From Escherichia phage K1H, in the sequence record NC_027994.1: a DNA stretch of 41,632 nt; one strand, written 5' to 3'. The position numbers and the translations under genes are program-made. How positions within the stretch are numbered: the first letter of the stretch is position 1; every line of letters starts with the position of its first letter. Under the pieces are notes generated by a model, which worked only from the letters and a program-made list of their open reading frames with translations, did no database searches and was not told the origin of the DNA. Of this stretch, positions 8,440 to 17,622 are shown piece by piece.

Positions 8440-8831
8440 GTTTCGCGCTCGATGTCTCTAAGTTCGTGGAAAAGGCGAAGAAGAACCCTGAGAAGGTGAT
8501 GCGTCAGGTGTCTATCAAGCTGTTTTCCGCTATCATAAAGGCGAGTCCGGTAGACACTGGCCGCTTTCGTATGAACTGGATGGCATCTGGCGGTACTCCT
8601 GCTTCCGGGATTACGGACGCTACGGATAAATCAGGAAACACAGCAACCGGAAACGCTACGAGTTTCGTGCTGAAAGCCGCTGACTGGCATGAGTTCACGC
8701 TGACAAATAATCTGCCGTATGCGCAACGGCTGGAGTATGGTTGGTCGCAACAGGCGCCAGCCGGGGTTGTCAGGACTAATGTGTCTCGCTTCCAGCAACT
8801 CATTAACGAAGAAGCCAACAAGGTGAAATGA
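8436..8831 (+). CDS. Neck / tail completion protein (putative)
   Basis: 131 aa, overlapping starts/stops typical of morphogenesis operon. Confidence 0.5.
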   Translation: MSFALDVSKFVEKAKKNPEKVMRQVSIKLFSAIIKASPVDTGRFRMNWMASGGTPASGITDATDKSGNTATGNATSFVLKAADWHEFTLTNNLPYAQRLEYGWSQQAPAGVVRTNVSRFQQLINEEANKVK

Positions 8832-9244
8832 TGGGCTACTTTGAGGACTTAACAAAAGCGTTCGATGTTCCGCTGGTAGCCTTCGGAACCGCCAACGGCA
8901 TCAAGGTCGCGCTTGAAAACATCGACGCGCCGACGTCAACCGATACGCCATATCTGGCAAGTTACATGTTACTTGCGGATACGGAACAGGCGGATTTGTT
9001 CTTCACGGAACAACGCGCCGGTGTTTATCAGGTAGACATTAACTACGCATCGGTGAAAGGTAGCGCGCCAATCAATAAAATGGCAGACTTACTTAACACG
9101 GCGTTTAAAGCAGGTAAGTCATTTTCACGTAACGACATCTGCGCCGAGGTTCAATCGGTTAGCCTGGGGCCGCTGATTGTAGAAAACGGATGGGCCAAAC
9201 GACCATTGTCAATTAACTTTATTGCATTCACCAAGAGGCTGTGA
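8828..9244 (+). CDS. Tail terminator-like protein (putative)
   Basis: 138 aa, position immediately upstream of major tail protein. Confidence 0.45.
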   Translation: MMGYFEDLTKAFDVPLVAFGTANGIKVALENIDAPTSTDTPYLASYMLLADTEQADLFFTEQRAGVYQVDINYASVKGSAPINKMADLLNTAFKAGKSFSRNDICAEVQSVSLGPLIVENGWAKRPLSINFIAFTKRL

Positions 9245-9246
9245 AT

Positions 9247-10413
9247 ATGGCTACAACTCCTTTTAAGGGCGCGAATACCGCGCAATTCTATGTGGCGGAA
9301 GTCACCCCGGGCGTAACACCGACTAACCCGGTCTGGTCACCGTTGCGTAACACTGGCGGTGTTCCTGCTATCACCCGCGACACGCTGACCTCCAACGAAC
9401 TGGACGGCAGCCGTGAAACTACATCCATCCGCACCGGTAACAAACAGGTTAGCGGTGAATACGCGATCGAGCTTAGCTCGAAAAGCCAGGATGACTGGCT
9501 GGCTGGTGCTTTAGGCTCTACGTGGCAATCCGGTGTTTCCCTGTCCAGTCTGTCGATTACCGTCGCACCCGCGGGCAAGACGTTCACACGCGCTACCGGC
9601 AGTTTTATCACTGACGGAGTTGGGGTAGGCGACCTGATTGCATTTACCGATTTAACAGGCGATAACGCAAAACCATTTATTGTTACTGCAGTAACGGCTA
9701 CGGTTGTTACCGGTGCGGGCATCCAACACACCCTGACCACCGAGACAAAAACTAGTAAGGCTAAAACCGGCGACACGCTGGAAACCGGTAACACGTGTAA
9801 GACGTTCTCTATCCTTACCTGGTACAAAGGCCAGTGCGGCGGTACTGACGCGTACACGTTAACCAAAGGCGTGGAAGTTTCTGGTTTTACCATCGAACAG
9901 GCTGTTAACGCGATGGTAACTGGCAGCTTCCCATTCATCGGTCGCAGTCAGGAGATTCTCACTACGCCGCCGACCGGTTCCAACTTCTCATCTGTTACTT
10001 TTGGTGATGAGCCGTTCTCTTCGGTTGACGTTTCCGTGTTCGATGGCTCTACGCCGTTGCGTTGTGATAGCCTTACTATCACCAACGACAACAGCGCGTC
10101 CGCACAGTTCGAACTCGGCAACACTAACGTAGCGTTTGTGGAGCGTAGCCGAGCAGCTAACACCTTCTCCATCTCCGGTAAGCTGTACGACATGGCGATG
10201 ATTCAGAAGTTTATCAACGAGCAGCAGGTGGAGATTAACTCTATTCTGGCTGGGGTAAACGGGGCTATGTCTTTCAGTTTGAAACGTGCAGAACTTACGG
10301 CGGTTACACCTGAGATTGGAGGACCTGAGTCAATCACTCAGTCTATTGAAGGCCAGGCTACTGGCAACCAGTACCAGTCGTCTATTGTTATTCAGCGTAT
10401 CACATACGCATAA
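9247..10413 (+). CDS. Major tail protein
   Basis: 389 aa from ATG 9247 (AGAGG SD); Thr/Ser/Gly-rich; followed by strong terminator. Confidence 0.65.
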   Translation: MATTPFKGANTAQFYVAEVTPGVTPTNPVWSPLRNTGGVPAITRDTLTSNELDGSRETTSIRTGNKQVSGEYAIELSSKSQDDWLAGALGSTWQSGVSLSSLSITVAPAGKTFTRATGSFITDGVGVGDLIAFTDLTGDNAKPFIVTAVTATVVTGAGIQHTLTTETKTSKAKTGDTLETGNTCKTFSILTWYKGQCGGTDAYTLTKGVEVSGFTIEQAVNAMVTGSFPFIGRSQEILTTPPTGSNFSSVTFGDEPFSSVDVSVFDGSTPLRCDSLTITNDNSASAQFELGNTNVAFVERSRAANTFSISGKLYDMAMIQKFINEQQVEINSILAGVNGAMSFSLKRAELTAVTPEIGGPESITQSIEGQATGNQYQSSIVIQRITYA

Positions 10414-10417
10414 AACT

Positions 10418-10441
10418 AAGGCCCCGTTTGGGGCCTTTTTC
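10418..10441. terminator. Bidirectional intrinsic terminator
   Basis: ACTAAGGCCCC-GTTT-GGGGCCTTTTT between convergent genes; same hairpin with loop inverted at 23140-23163. Confidence 0.65.
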
Positions 10442-10996
10442 TTACAAACCTAATCTTAAAGCAATGCCTATAGCGTTCGATTTAACGTAACCCGGTATGA
10501 TGTAGGTGTCATAATCTTTTACACCATCAATATCGTACAGGTAACCGCGGCTGTCCCCTTCAAACGTATGGCCGTCTCTGTGCAAGCGGACGATTCTCAC
10601 ATCATGCCCCGCGGCAACGATAGGGGCTACTTCGCTGGCGAACCCGCCATCAGACACCACAAAAACTTCGTCGCCGTCGGGCAAGTTTCCGGCAAGATAC
10701 TTACCGAAATAATCATCACCGAATACCGGTTTAATGAATTGCTCGGAAATGGCAATCATGAACTGACGCCGAGACAACCCGTTAAGGAAACCCTCTGGCT
10801 TTTCTTTCCGCGCCCGGTCGTCGTAGCCGTCGAGAAACTCGCGGTAAGCATCCCGGCCTAACGCAGCCATAGCAATATTGAACATCGGATTCTTGAAACT
10901 GGCGACACCCTTCGCAAAGCCCATTTCTACCAGCGCCCTAGCAAGTGTGTCTTTCCCGCAGCCCGCAGGACCATTAAGAATAATTACCTTAGCCAT
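10442..10996 (-). CDS. P-loop nucleotide/nucleoside-monophosphate kinase-like protein
   Basis: 184 aa; Walker A GPAGCGKDT near N-terminus (GKDT variant as in phage dNMP kinases). Confidence 0.55.
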   Translation of the reverse strand: MAKVIILNGPAGCGKDTLARALVEMGFAKGVASFKNPMFNIAMAALGRDAYREFLDGYDDRARKEKPEGFLNGLSRRQFMIAISEQFIKPVFGDDYFGKYLAGNLPDGDEVFVVSDGGFASEVAPIVAAGHDVRIVRLHRDGHTFEGDSRGYLYDIDGVKDYDTYIIPGYVKSNAIGIALRLGL

Positions 10997-11481
10997 TATT
11001 TATCACTCCCATGTGGTTTTAAGTGTGTAGAGTTCCCGTTACAGTCGTATTCAGTAACTGCGTGAGTGGTTATGCCGAGTTCGCGGAAATGCTTTATTAC
11101 CGCTGGAGAGTCGTCGAATGCACACAAGATTCTCTCCGGCCCAATAGCACGCAACACCTCTTCTTTAATTACGATGTCTTTTCTGTTGTCGTGTTTGCTG
11201 CGCATGATTAACTGATAAAATTCGACGCGGTGGCGCTGCAACCACATTCTGGTTTCTTTTTCCGCGTCATCACTACGGCCTGTTAAGATAATAACGGCAT
11301 AGCGACGATTAAGGGCGTTACACAGTTCGATGTTATCTTTAATGGGTGCATCGTCTTTGCACGCCATGTTAAATGGTTTCCACGCCCAGGTTTCGCCGTA
11401 GTTATCTTTCGGCAGCAGGTGTAAACGATGGGTACCATCTGCCAATGTCCCGTCTAAATCGAAAATCACAATATCTTTCAC
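10996..11481 (-). CDS. HAD-superfamily phosphatase (nucleotidase or Pnk-phosphatase-like)
   Basis: 161 aa; N-terminal DxDGT motif (FDLDGTL). Confidence 0.6.
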   Translation of the reverse strand: MKDIVIFDLDGTLADGTHRLHLLPKDNYGETWAWKPFNMACKDDAPIKDNIELCNALNRRYAVIILTGRSDDAEKETRMWLQRHRVEFYQLIMRSKHDNRKDIVIKEEVLRAIGPERILCAFDDSPAVIKHFRELGITTHAVTEYDCNGNSTHLKPHGSDK

Positions 11482-12608
11482 CCAAGCATCTCCGGTGAAA
11501 TAGTTAAACGTGCGACCTCGCCATATTCGGCGCTATAAGTAATTACGTTTGCACTGCGGCCCGACATCCACCCACCGCGGGAGGCATATGCATCTTTAGC
11601 CGCGAGAGTGCGGTGTTGCTCAACAATCATGTTACGGCTTTCTACAATCTTTTGGTGGTGCAGGTGACCCACGTGGGCGTAGCTGTAAACACTCTCGCCG
11701 AACGCTTTGCGGAACTTGGCGATCATAACCGGTTCGATAGCGTCGAATCGTGCTTTATGCCCATGATGGAAGAACAGCGTCGTTTTGCCGTGTTGCACCA
11801 TCTTGTAAACATCCGGCGACGTATCGACGAACACACGCGGCTCATTGTCATACAGCGTACTAAACATCTCAGCTAACCAAATCATTCCGCTTTCGTCGTG
11901 GTTACCTTGCACGATAAGCAAGCGAACATTTTTATGTTTAACGAGAGCCATATCAATGACACGGCGGACCATACGAATCATGTAGCGTACAAGTTTCTGA
12001 TAGCGGGTGTCAGCGTCAAGAACATGACCACTGGCAGGTGTAACGGCGTCCAGACTATCGAAATGCGCAAGGTCGCCCAGCAGATTAATAACTCCTGTTC
12101 CGGTATCCGGTGCTTTCTGGAACGCTGCGTCGAACCAGCGGGAGAACAGGTCTTCCGCAATCTTCATGTCCCAGTCGTCGCCGCTCTCGTCAGCCCAGGC
12201 CAGCATACCGAGATGGAAATCAGACACAGTGTAAAGGTTGAGTAGCTTGTCGTCTCGTTTGGCGCGAACGGCTTTAACAGGTGCAACTGGTGTAATCTCC
12301 GACTTCATGCCTTCGATTACGGCTTTCATCAATTCAACCTGACGTTCGGCATCGGTGTCGGTCTTAACCCATTGCAACTTGGTGTTGCCAAACTCATCCA
12401 CCAGTGATGACGTTCCTTTAATCTTGTAGCCGTCCGGTACAAGGTAACTAACGTCACGCCCGTGGCCTACACCTTTCTTAGCCAGCTTCGCTTTACGGAT
12501 ACGAATAACGCGGTCGGAGATGCCGTATTTACGGGCGATGTCGATATTCTTCATACCGGCGTTCAATTCTTCCTGCAACTGTTCGTCGGTTATTTTCTTC
12601 TGGGCCAT
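11478..12608 (-). CDS. Calcineurin-like metallophosphoesterase with N-terminal HTH domain
   Basis: 376 aa; motifs DFH, GDLAHFD, GNHDE, HHGH, GHLHH; N-terminal approx 50 aa HTH-like; GAGGAAG SD. Confidence 0.65.
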   Translation of the reverse strand: MAQKKITDEQLQEELNAGMKNIDIARKYGISDRVIRIRKAKLAKKGVGHGRDVSYLVPDGYKIKGTSSLVDEFGNTKLQWVKTDTDAERQVELMKAVIEGMKSEITPVAPVKAVRAKRDDKLLNLYTVSDFHLGMLAWADESGDDWDMKIAEDLFSRWFDAAFQKAPDTGTGVINLLGDLAHFDSLDAVTPASGHVLDADTRYQKLVRYMIRMVRRVIDMALVKHKNVRLLIVQGNHDESGMIWLAEMFSTLYDNEPRVFVDTSPDVYKMVQHGKTTLFFHHGHKARFDAIEPVMIAKFRKAFGESVYSYAHVGHLHHQKIVESRNMIVEQHRTLAAKDAYASRGGWMSGRSANVITYSAEYGEVARLTISPEMLG

Positions 12609-12673
12609 GCTTACTTCCTCGTGTTTAGGATTTGTCCTATTTAACCACAGTGCATTCCTTTAAATAAAGGCGA

Positions 12674-13000
12674 CTATTTACTTTCCGCACCTATTGCCCA
12701 TCCGGTCATTACCATTTGCAGACGCGTGGCTGTCAGTAGGCTGTAGAATGCATCTCCGTTTTTCTCTACAGAACGTATTACCGTGTAGGTTACGGCTTGC
12801 GGGGGTAGGCCCGATTTACCAACCTCTACGGCGGCCTCACACTCGCGAACTGTAGAGTCCTTAAATGCCTTTACAATAGTAGGGTCGGCTTTCTCAAGCA
12901 CACCAGAAGTCATAAGAACAGATTCACTAAATACCTGTTCGCACGGGGCCCCAAAAGTAGCAAAAGACATAAGCCCCAGAGCTAATACTAATTTACGCAT
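12674..13000 (-). CDS. Small secreted/periplasmic protein (signal peptide)
   Basis: 108 aa; N-terminal MRKLVLALGLMSFATFGAP signal sequence; GAGGGA SD; class-1 promoter directly upstream. Confidence 0.5.
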   Translation of the reverse strand: MRKLVLALGLMSFATFGAPCEQVFSESVLMTSGVLEKADPTIVKAFKDSTVRECEAAVEVGKSGLPPQAVTYTVIRSVEKNGDAFYSLLTATRLQMVMTGWAIGAESK

Positions 13001-13028
13001 AATTGTTCCCTCAGTAAGTTACAGGTGA

Positions 13029-13057
13029 ATAGTACCCTATTATATTGGGGTGTGCAA
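13029..13057 (-). promoter_or_regulatory. Sigma70-like promoter, class 1 (TTGCAC-N17-TACTAT) with dyad GAATAG-TACC-CTATTA
   Basis: -35 at 13052-13057, -10 at 13029-13034 on minus strand; 34-bp segment nearly identical to 35234-35268. Confidence 0.55.
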
Positions 13058-13164
13058 GTAGTGTGCTAGAATAAGTTTGCGCCTAGTGTCGCACACGAAA
13101 AGCGGGTGGTTCCCGTCTGGCGCATTAACCTTAACCCGTAACCTCTTAACCAAAGGATTAAAGA

Positions 13165-13581
13165 ATGAAACTTTCTGATTTTTATTTTGCTGACCGCCAC
13201 GCTGCTGGTACTAAAATGCCTATCCTTCTGCCGAGCGGTAAAGACTCCGGCGAATGGTTGCAGGTCATAGGCCCTGATTGTGATGCAGGTGTTCGTGCAG
13301 GCCGCGCCTACACAACGGCAATTAGACGCCTTACGGAAGAACTCGCGCCATTAGATAAAGAGTGTGAGGCGCTGAATAACTGGGCGCGCTATAACGACGA
13401 GAAGGGCTGGCGGGTGATGGACCTGAACAAGCAGCTTGCCGTGGAAATCGTCACCGGTTGGTCATTCGATGAGCCGTTCAGCAAAGAGGCGCTGGCTAAC
13501 CTGTTCGACCAGTACAGCGGACTGGCAGAAGCTGTAGTTAAGCACCACACCGATAGCCGCGAGAAACTCTCGGAAAAGTAA
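13165..13581 (+). CDS. Tail assembly chaperone (lambda gpG-like by position)
   Basis: 138-aa acidic protein upstream of tape measure gene. Confidence 0.5.
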   Translation: MKLSDFYFADRHAAGTKMPILLPSGKDSGEWLQVIGPDCDAGVRAGRAYTTAIRRLTEELAPLDKECEALNNWARYNDEKGWRVMDLNKQLAVEIVTGWSFDEPFSKEALANLFDQYSGLAEAVVKHHTDSREKLSEK

Positions 13582-13670
13582 AAGCGCTGTATGAATTTGC
13601 GCAATGGTGTTTTGTTGACCGCCATAAGCGTAAGCAATTTGACGACATCGCGGCGGGCCACCAGGCGGCT

Positions 13671-13943
13671 TTGATTGCAATGGGCGTGATTAAAGAACCG
13701 CAGATGAAAGAAGCGACGGGGCCAGAATGCCCCGTTTCTCTTATCGATGTGTTCGAGAAATACCGTGCCATTAAATTCCTACAGCGCGAAACAGATGATA
13801 CTATCGTTATAATCCCGCGCGACGCGCTCAAATGGCAAGATTTGGTAGCGTTTCGTGATGTCGCCGGTTACGGCATAAGTTTGTTCGAAGCCGAGGTTAT
13901 CATGGGCTTAGACGGAATATTTGAGGGCAGAGAAGATGGCTGA
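13671..13943 (+). CDS. Hypothetical protein (possible second tail chaperone)
   Basis: 90-aa ORF (TTG start in track, ATG at 13680) between chaperone and tape measure; no SD seen. Confidence 0.3.
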   Translation: MIAMGVIKEPQMKEATGPECPVSLIDVFEKYRAIKFLQRETDDTIVIIPRDALKWQDLVAFRDVAGYGISLFEAEVIMGLDGIFEGREDG

Positions 13944-16248
13944 TACGGCTTCCCTAATCGCCAGAGTAAAAACTGAAGGGGCTGACGTCGCTGCCAAACA
14001 GCTTGACGCTATGGCGGCATCCGCAGACCGAGCGGACACATCTGTAAACAAACTAACGCCGGATGTTAGTAAAGCTAACACAGCTACTTCTAAAGCCGCG
14101 TCCGATGGTTTTGCCAAGTTCCGTAACGCCGCCGGGCAGGTAGGCTTCCAGGTGCAGGACATGGTTGTCCAGTTGCAATCTGGTACGTCCGCATTCGTAG
14201 CAATCGGGCAACAAGGTTCGCAGCTTGCGGGTGCCTTCGGCCCAGGTGGTGCGGTGCTTGGGGCTGTAATTGCTCTTGCGTCCGCAATCGGCGGGGTCCT
14301 GTACAAGTCGCTAACAGAGGCGGAGGGGAGTTCAAAAGACCTCGAAGCCGCACAGAAACAGTTAAAAGATACTTTCCAGCAAACGGCATCCGGTTCTCTT
14401 GAACTGACAGACGGCCTTATCCAGCTTACCCAAATCAGCAGAGAAGCGGCGGAGACTCAGCTTGCTTTGGCTAAGGCTAACGCTGACCTTATCGCACAGC
14501 AAACAGCTAAAGCCGTTCGTGAGGACGCAGAATCGTGGGAAACATGGAAAGCCTCCACGGCATCGGCGATCAGCCAGTACGATGCACTGGTATCTAAGGG
14601 TGCGGATGTAGGCGACACATTAGAAAAACTCGGCGGCACTTACGAAGGTAACATCGTAGGTGTCAACATGCTGGCGCAGAATATCGCAGAGCTTAGCAGT
14701 AAGTTTGGGGTTAACCGCGACCAGGCGCTGGAGATGATAGCGGCGCAGAGCGCGTTTAACAAAGAGCCGACCGCCGAGAATGCACGCCGTATCGCCGATG
14801 TGTTTACTGACTGGCTAGGTAATACAAAACAGTTGAACCCGGAACTTATCCGCCTGACTGACAACGCCAACAAGAACGCCACGGCACTGGAGAACGCGGA
14901 GAAGTCGGCAAACGCGGTGGCGGAGGCCCAAAAGAATCTCGGCCGTAACGTCAACTCAACCACGCAGAGATTCCAGGAACAGAACGAAGCTATCGTCAAA
15001 AACCAGCAAATCGCCATCTTAAGCGACCGTGAGCGTATCCGGGCGCAAGCTGAACTGGATAAGCAGGCGTTTGCTAAACGTGAAGCTGTCACCAAAGAAC
15101 AGATAGCCGCGTATAACGCCGCCCGTGACGCGGAAGCGCAGCAAGACATCGCCCGCATTGACAAGACCGAGAAAGAGAAGGCAGACCGCGAGGCTAAATC
15201 TAACGAGAAACGTCTGGCGGCGCAGGCCAAACGTGAAGAAACGGCGGCGCAACGTCAGAAGAAAGCCGCTGAAGATTTCCTGGCTACTGTCGACCGCACT
15301 ACTGGAGACGAAATTTCTCGCATCACGGCGGCAGAAGAACAGAAACTGGCGAAACTTGAAGAGTTCAACCGTGCCGGAACAATAAGCCAGCAGCAGTACG
15401 AAAACGCCAAAACGCAGATTATGCTCACAGCCGAGCAGGCCCGACAGGAAGAACTGGATAAGAAAAGAAAAGAGCAGCAGGAAAAGCAACAGAAAGGTGA
15501 CGACTTCATGGCTCAGATTATGGGCCAGAACGCTACTGAGCTTGAGCTTCTCGACATCCAGGAACAGCAGAAGCTGGCGGTAGCAGATAAGTACCGTGAG
15601 CAGGGGCTTATTAGCGAGAAGCAGTATCAGGCCGCGCTTAACGCCATCAACGAGCAATACGCCACCAAGCGCGCCGACGCAACGGCAACCGCCTTCGGTA
15701 ACATGGCCTCAAACATCGGGTCTGCGTTGGGTGAGGCTTCCGGCGCGTACAAAGCATTCGCTATTGTGCAGGCCACTATCGCCACGTACACCGCGGCTAT
15801 TGAGGCGTACAAGTCTACGGCGGCTATCCCTGTTGTTGGCCCGTTTCTGGCTCCTGTAGCCGCTGCCGCTGCCGTTGGGGCGGGTATGGCGCAGATTTCA
15901 GCTATCAGGTCAGCACGTGAACAGGGCGGTCAGTTATCCGCGGGGCAGGCTTCTACTATCGCTGAACGTGGTAAACCCGAAGTTATCATGCCCGCTGGCG
16001 CATCGCGTGTACGCACCGCGCAGCAGATGAAAGAAATTATGGGGCAAAACGGGTCTTCTTCCGGCCCATCTAATGTTACCATTGTAAATAATACATCGAG
16101 TCAGATTGGCAACGTATCCACCGAGCAGGATGATGAAGGCCGTCTGCGTATCATCATTGAAGAACAGGTTGCCGCGTCTTTGCAGAACAGCAACAGTAAG
16201 ATTAGCAAGGCCCGCAAGGCCACAAGAAATGCGCCGGGGTTTAAATAA
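13936..16248 (+). CDS. Tail tape measure protein
   Basis: About 770 aa, Ala/Gln/Lys-rich coiled coil; GAGGG SD before ATG 13936 (track start 13921 is TTG). Confidence 0.8.
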   Translation: MADTASLIARVKTEGADVAAKQLDAMAASADRADTSVNKLTPDVSKANTATSKAASDGFAKFRNAAGQVGFQVQDMVVQLQSGTSAFVAIGQQGSQLAGAFGPGGAVLGAVIALASAIGGVLYKSLTEAEGSSKDLEAAQKQLKDTFQQTASGSLELTDGLIQLTQISREAAETQLALAKANADLIAQQTAKAVREDAESWETWKASTASAISQYDALVSKGADVGDTLEKLGGTYEGNIVGVNMLAQNIAELSSKFGVNRDQALEMIAAQSAFNKEPTAENARRIADVFTDWLGNTKQLNPELIRLTDNANKNATALENAEKSANAVAEAQKNLGRNVNSTTQRFQEQNEAIVKNQQIAILSDRERIRAQAELDKQAFAKREAVTKEQIAAYNAARDAEAQQDIARIDKTEKEKADREAKSNEKRLAAQAKREETAAQRQKKAAEDFLATVDRTTGDEISRITAAEEQKLAKLEEFNRAGTISQQQYENAKTQIMLTAEQARQEELDKKRKEQQEKQQKGDDFMAQIMGQNATELELLDIQEQQKLAVADKYREQGLISEKQYQAALNAINEQYATKRADATATAFGNMASNIGSALGEASGAYKAFAIVQATIATYTAAIEAYKSTAAIPVVGPFLAPVAAAAAVGAGMAQISAIRSAREQGGQLSAGQASTIAERGKPEVIMPAGASRVRTAQQMKEIMGQNGSSSGPSNVTIVNNTSSQIGNVSTEQDDEGRLRIIIEEQVAASLQNSNSKISKARKATRNAPGFK

Positions 16249-16748
16249 TGAGCGACTTATATTTCCCACGTAGCCTTAAGCCGGTGGTGTCGAAAGGCTA
16301 TTCGATGACCAGACGCAACAACGTCTGGAGTGTTGATTTAGCTGGCGGCGGTGTACGTCAGGGGCGCGACACGTATTACGACGTGTTCCCGATAAGCGTA
16401 ACCCTGATTACCTCAGCGCTGGGGCGTCAGGCGTTTCTGTCGTTCCTCGAAAAAGTCGATGGTGGTGCGTCAAGTTTCTGGATGGCGCATGACTTCGGCA
16501 TGGGTATTCAGGATTACCAAGTAACAATCACGTCAACCATCGCAGAGTCCACAGAAGACGGCATTAACTGGACGATTACTTTCACGGCAACCGCCGAGAA
16601 GTCACCGTTCCAGGACCTTGAGAACCAGTGCCTGATTAACAATCTGCCGGATTTGTTTGGTTGCTATGGTGACGGGCTGGGGTGTTTCCTTAAAGCCTAC
16701 GGAACCGCGCAATCAACGTTTCCACGAATTTGGGACCCGATGCAATGA
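16248..16748 (+). CDS. Minor/distal tail protein (lambda gpM-like by position)
   Basis: 166 aa immediately after tape measure, ATGA overlap. Confidence 0.55.
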   Translation: MSDLYFPRSLKPVVSKGYSMTRRNNVWSVDLAGGGVRQGRDTYYDVFPISVTLITSALGRQAFLSFLEKVDGGASSFWMAHDFGMGIQDYQVTITSTIAESTEDGINWTITFTATAEKSPFQDLENQCLINNLPDLFGCYGDGLGCFLKAYGTAQSTFPRIWDPMQ

Positions 16749-17260
16749 GTCAGGAATCAGTAGAAGCAGCCTACCGCCGTAAGCTGGCGTCGAACCCAGA
16801 TGGTGAGATGGACTACATCACGTTGCAAATCAGCCACCCGTTGCTGTCGAAGACGTACTATCTTGTGCGCGGGCTGCAGGAACTTACGGCGACACTGGAA
16901 ACCGGCGAAACTATCACATTCGAACCCACCCCGATGGAAGCGTCGGGGGCTGCTAACAACAGTGATATGGACCAGACGACGACGTTTACTCTACCGGATA
17001 TTCTCAATCAACTGGACGATGAGATGGATAAAATCCCGATGAGTAACACCGAGTTGCCGAAATTCGTCTTCCGCCGTTATGTCAGTACCGACCTGTCTTA
17101 TCCGGCGGACGGCCCGGTCGTGTACGAGTTACAGGCTATCAACCAGGAGAAAGGCGAGTTCTCCGCAGATGTCGGTACACCTATGCTGAACCAACGAAGC
17201 ACTGGTATACTGATGACACCTAAAGAGATACCGTTATTACGCGGCCTGTTGACCACATGA
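16730..17260 (+). CDS. Minor tail protein (lambda gpL-like by position)
   Basis: 176 aa; gene order M-L-K-J. Confidence 0.55.
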   Translation: MGPDAMSQESVEAAYRRKLASNPDGEMDYITLQISHPLLSKTYYLVRGLQELTATLETGETITFEPTPMEASGAANNSDMDQTTTFTLPDILNQLDDEMDKIPMSNTELPKFVFRRYVSTDLSYPADGPVVYELQAINQEKGEFSADVGTPMLNQRSTGILMTPKEIPLLRGLLTT

Positions 17261-17622
17261 ATATTAACGACTACACGGGCATACCTTACGACTTTCGCAA
17301 ACGCAATTGCTGGCATCACGTGCGCATTGTCCGCGCGGATGCAGGGTTAGAAACCCCTGCGTTCGACGTTACAAGCCCTACGGCAATTAACGAAGCGTTT
17401 GACGAAGGCCACCGTGACACGAAGGGGCTTACAAAAATTGATAAGCCTGAAAACTTCTGCGCGGTGCTTATGGGTTATCGCCGCGGGGGTCGTATCGTGT
17501 GGCATGCGGGAGTTTACTTCGACGGGATGGTGAGTCATTGCGAGCTTGCATCCCGCCAGGTACGGCTTGACAGGCTGGCGGACCTCAGAGACACGTACAC
17601 GGAGATTGAATTTTGGCGATAA
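17257..17622 (+). CDS. Tail assembly protein with NlpC/P60-like Cys/His motifs (gpK-like)
   Basis: 121 aa; NCWHH, HAGVY and HCE motifs consistent with papain-like Cys-His-His triad. Confidence 0.55.
   Translation: MNINDYTGIPYDFRKRNCWHHVRIVRADAGLETPAFDVTSPTAINEAFDEGHRDTKGLTKIDKPENFCAVLMGYRRGGRIVWHAGVYFDGMVSHCELASRQVRLDRLADLRDTYTEIEFWR

Noticed and set aside
13165-13943. Possible lambda G/GT-type programmed frameshift fusing the tail chaperone ORF to the downstream 13671..13943 ORF
   Set aside because: Both alternative frames contain stop codons within about 15 codons of the chaperone stop (about 13593 and 13592), so no long frameshift product is possible; the downstream ORF is kept only as a low-confidence separate gene.
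14640-15657. Long minus-strand ORFs (14640..15230, 15019..15657, 15255..15509) inside the tape measure gene
   Set aside because: Antisense to a well-supported long gene, low-complexity Ser/Ala/Leu-rich translations, no ribosome-binding sites; typical shadow ORFs of a repetitive coiled-coil coding region.
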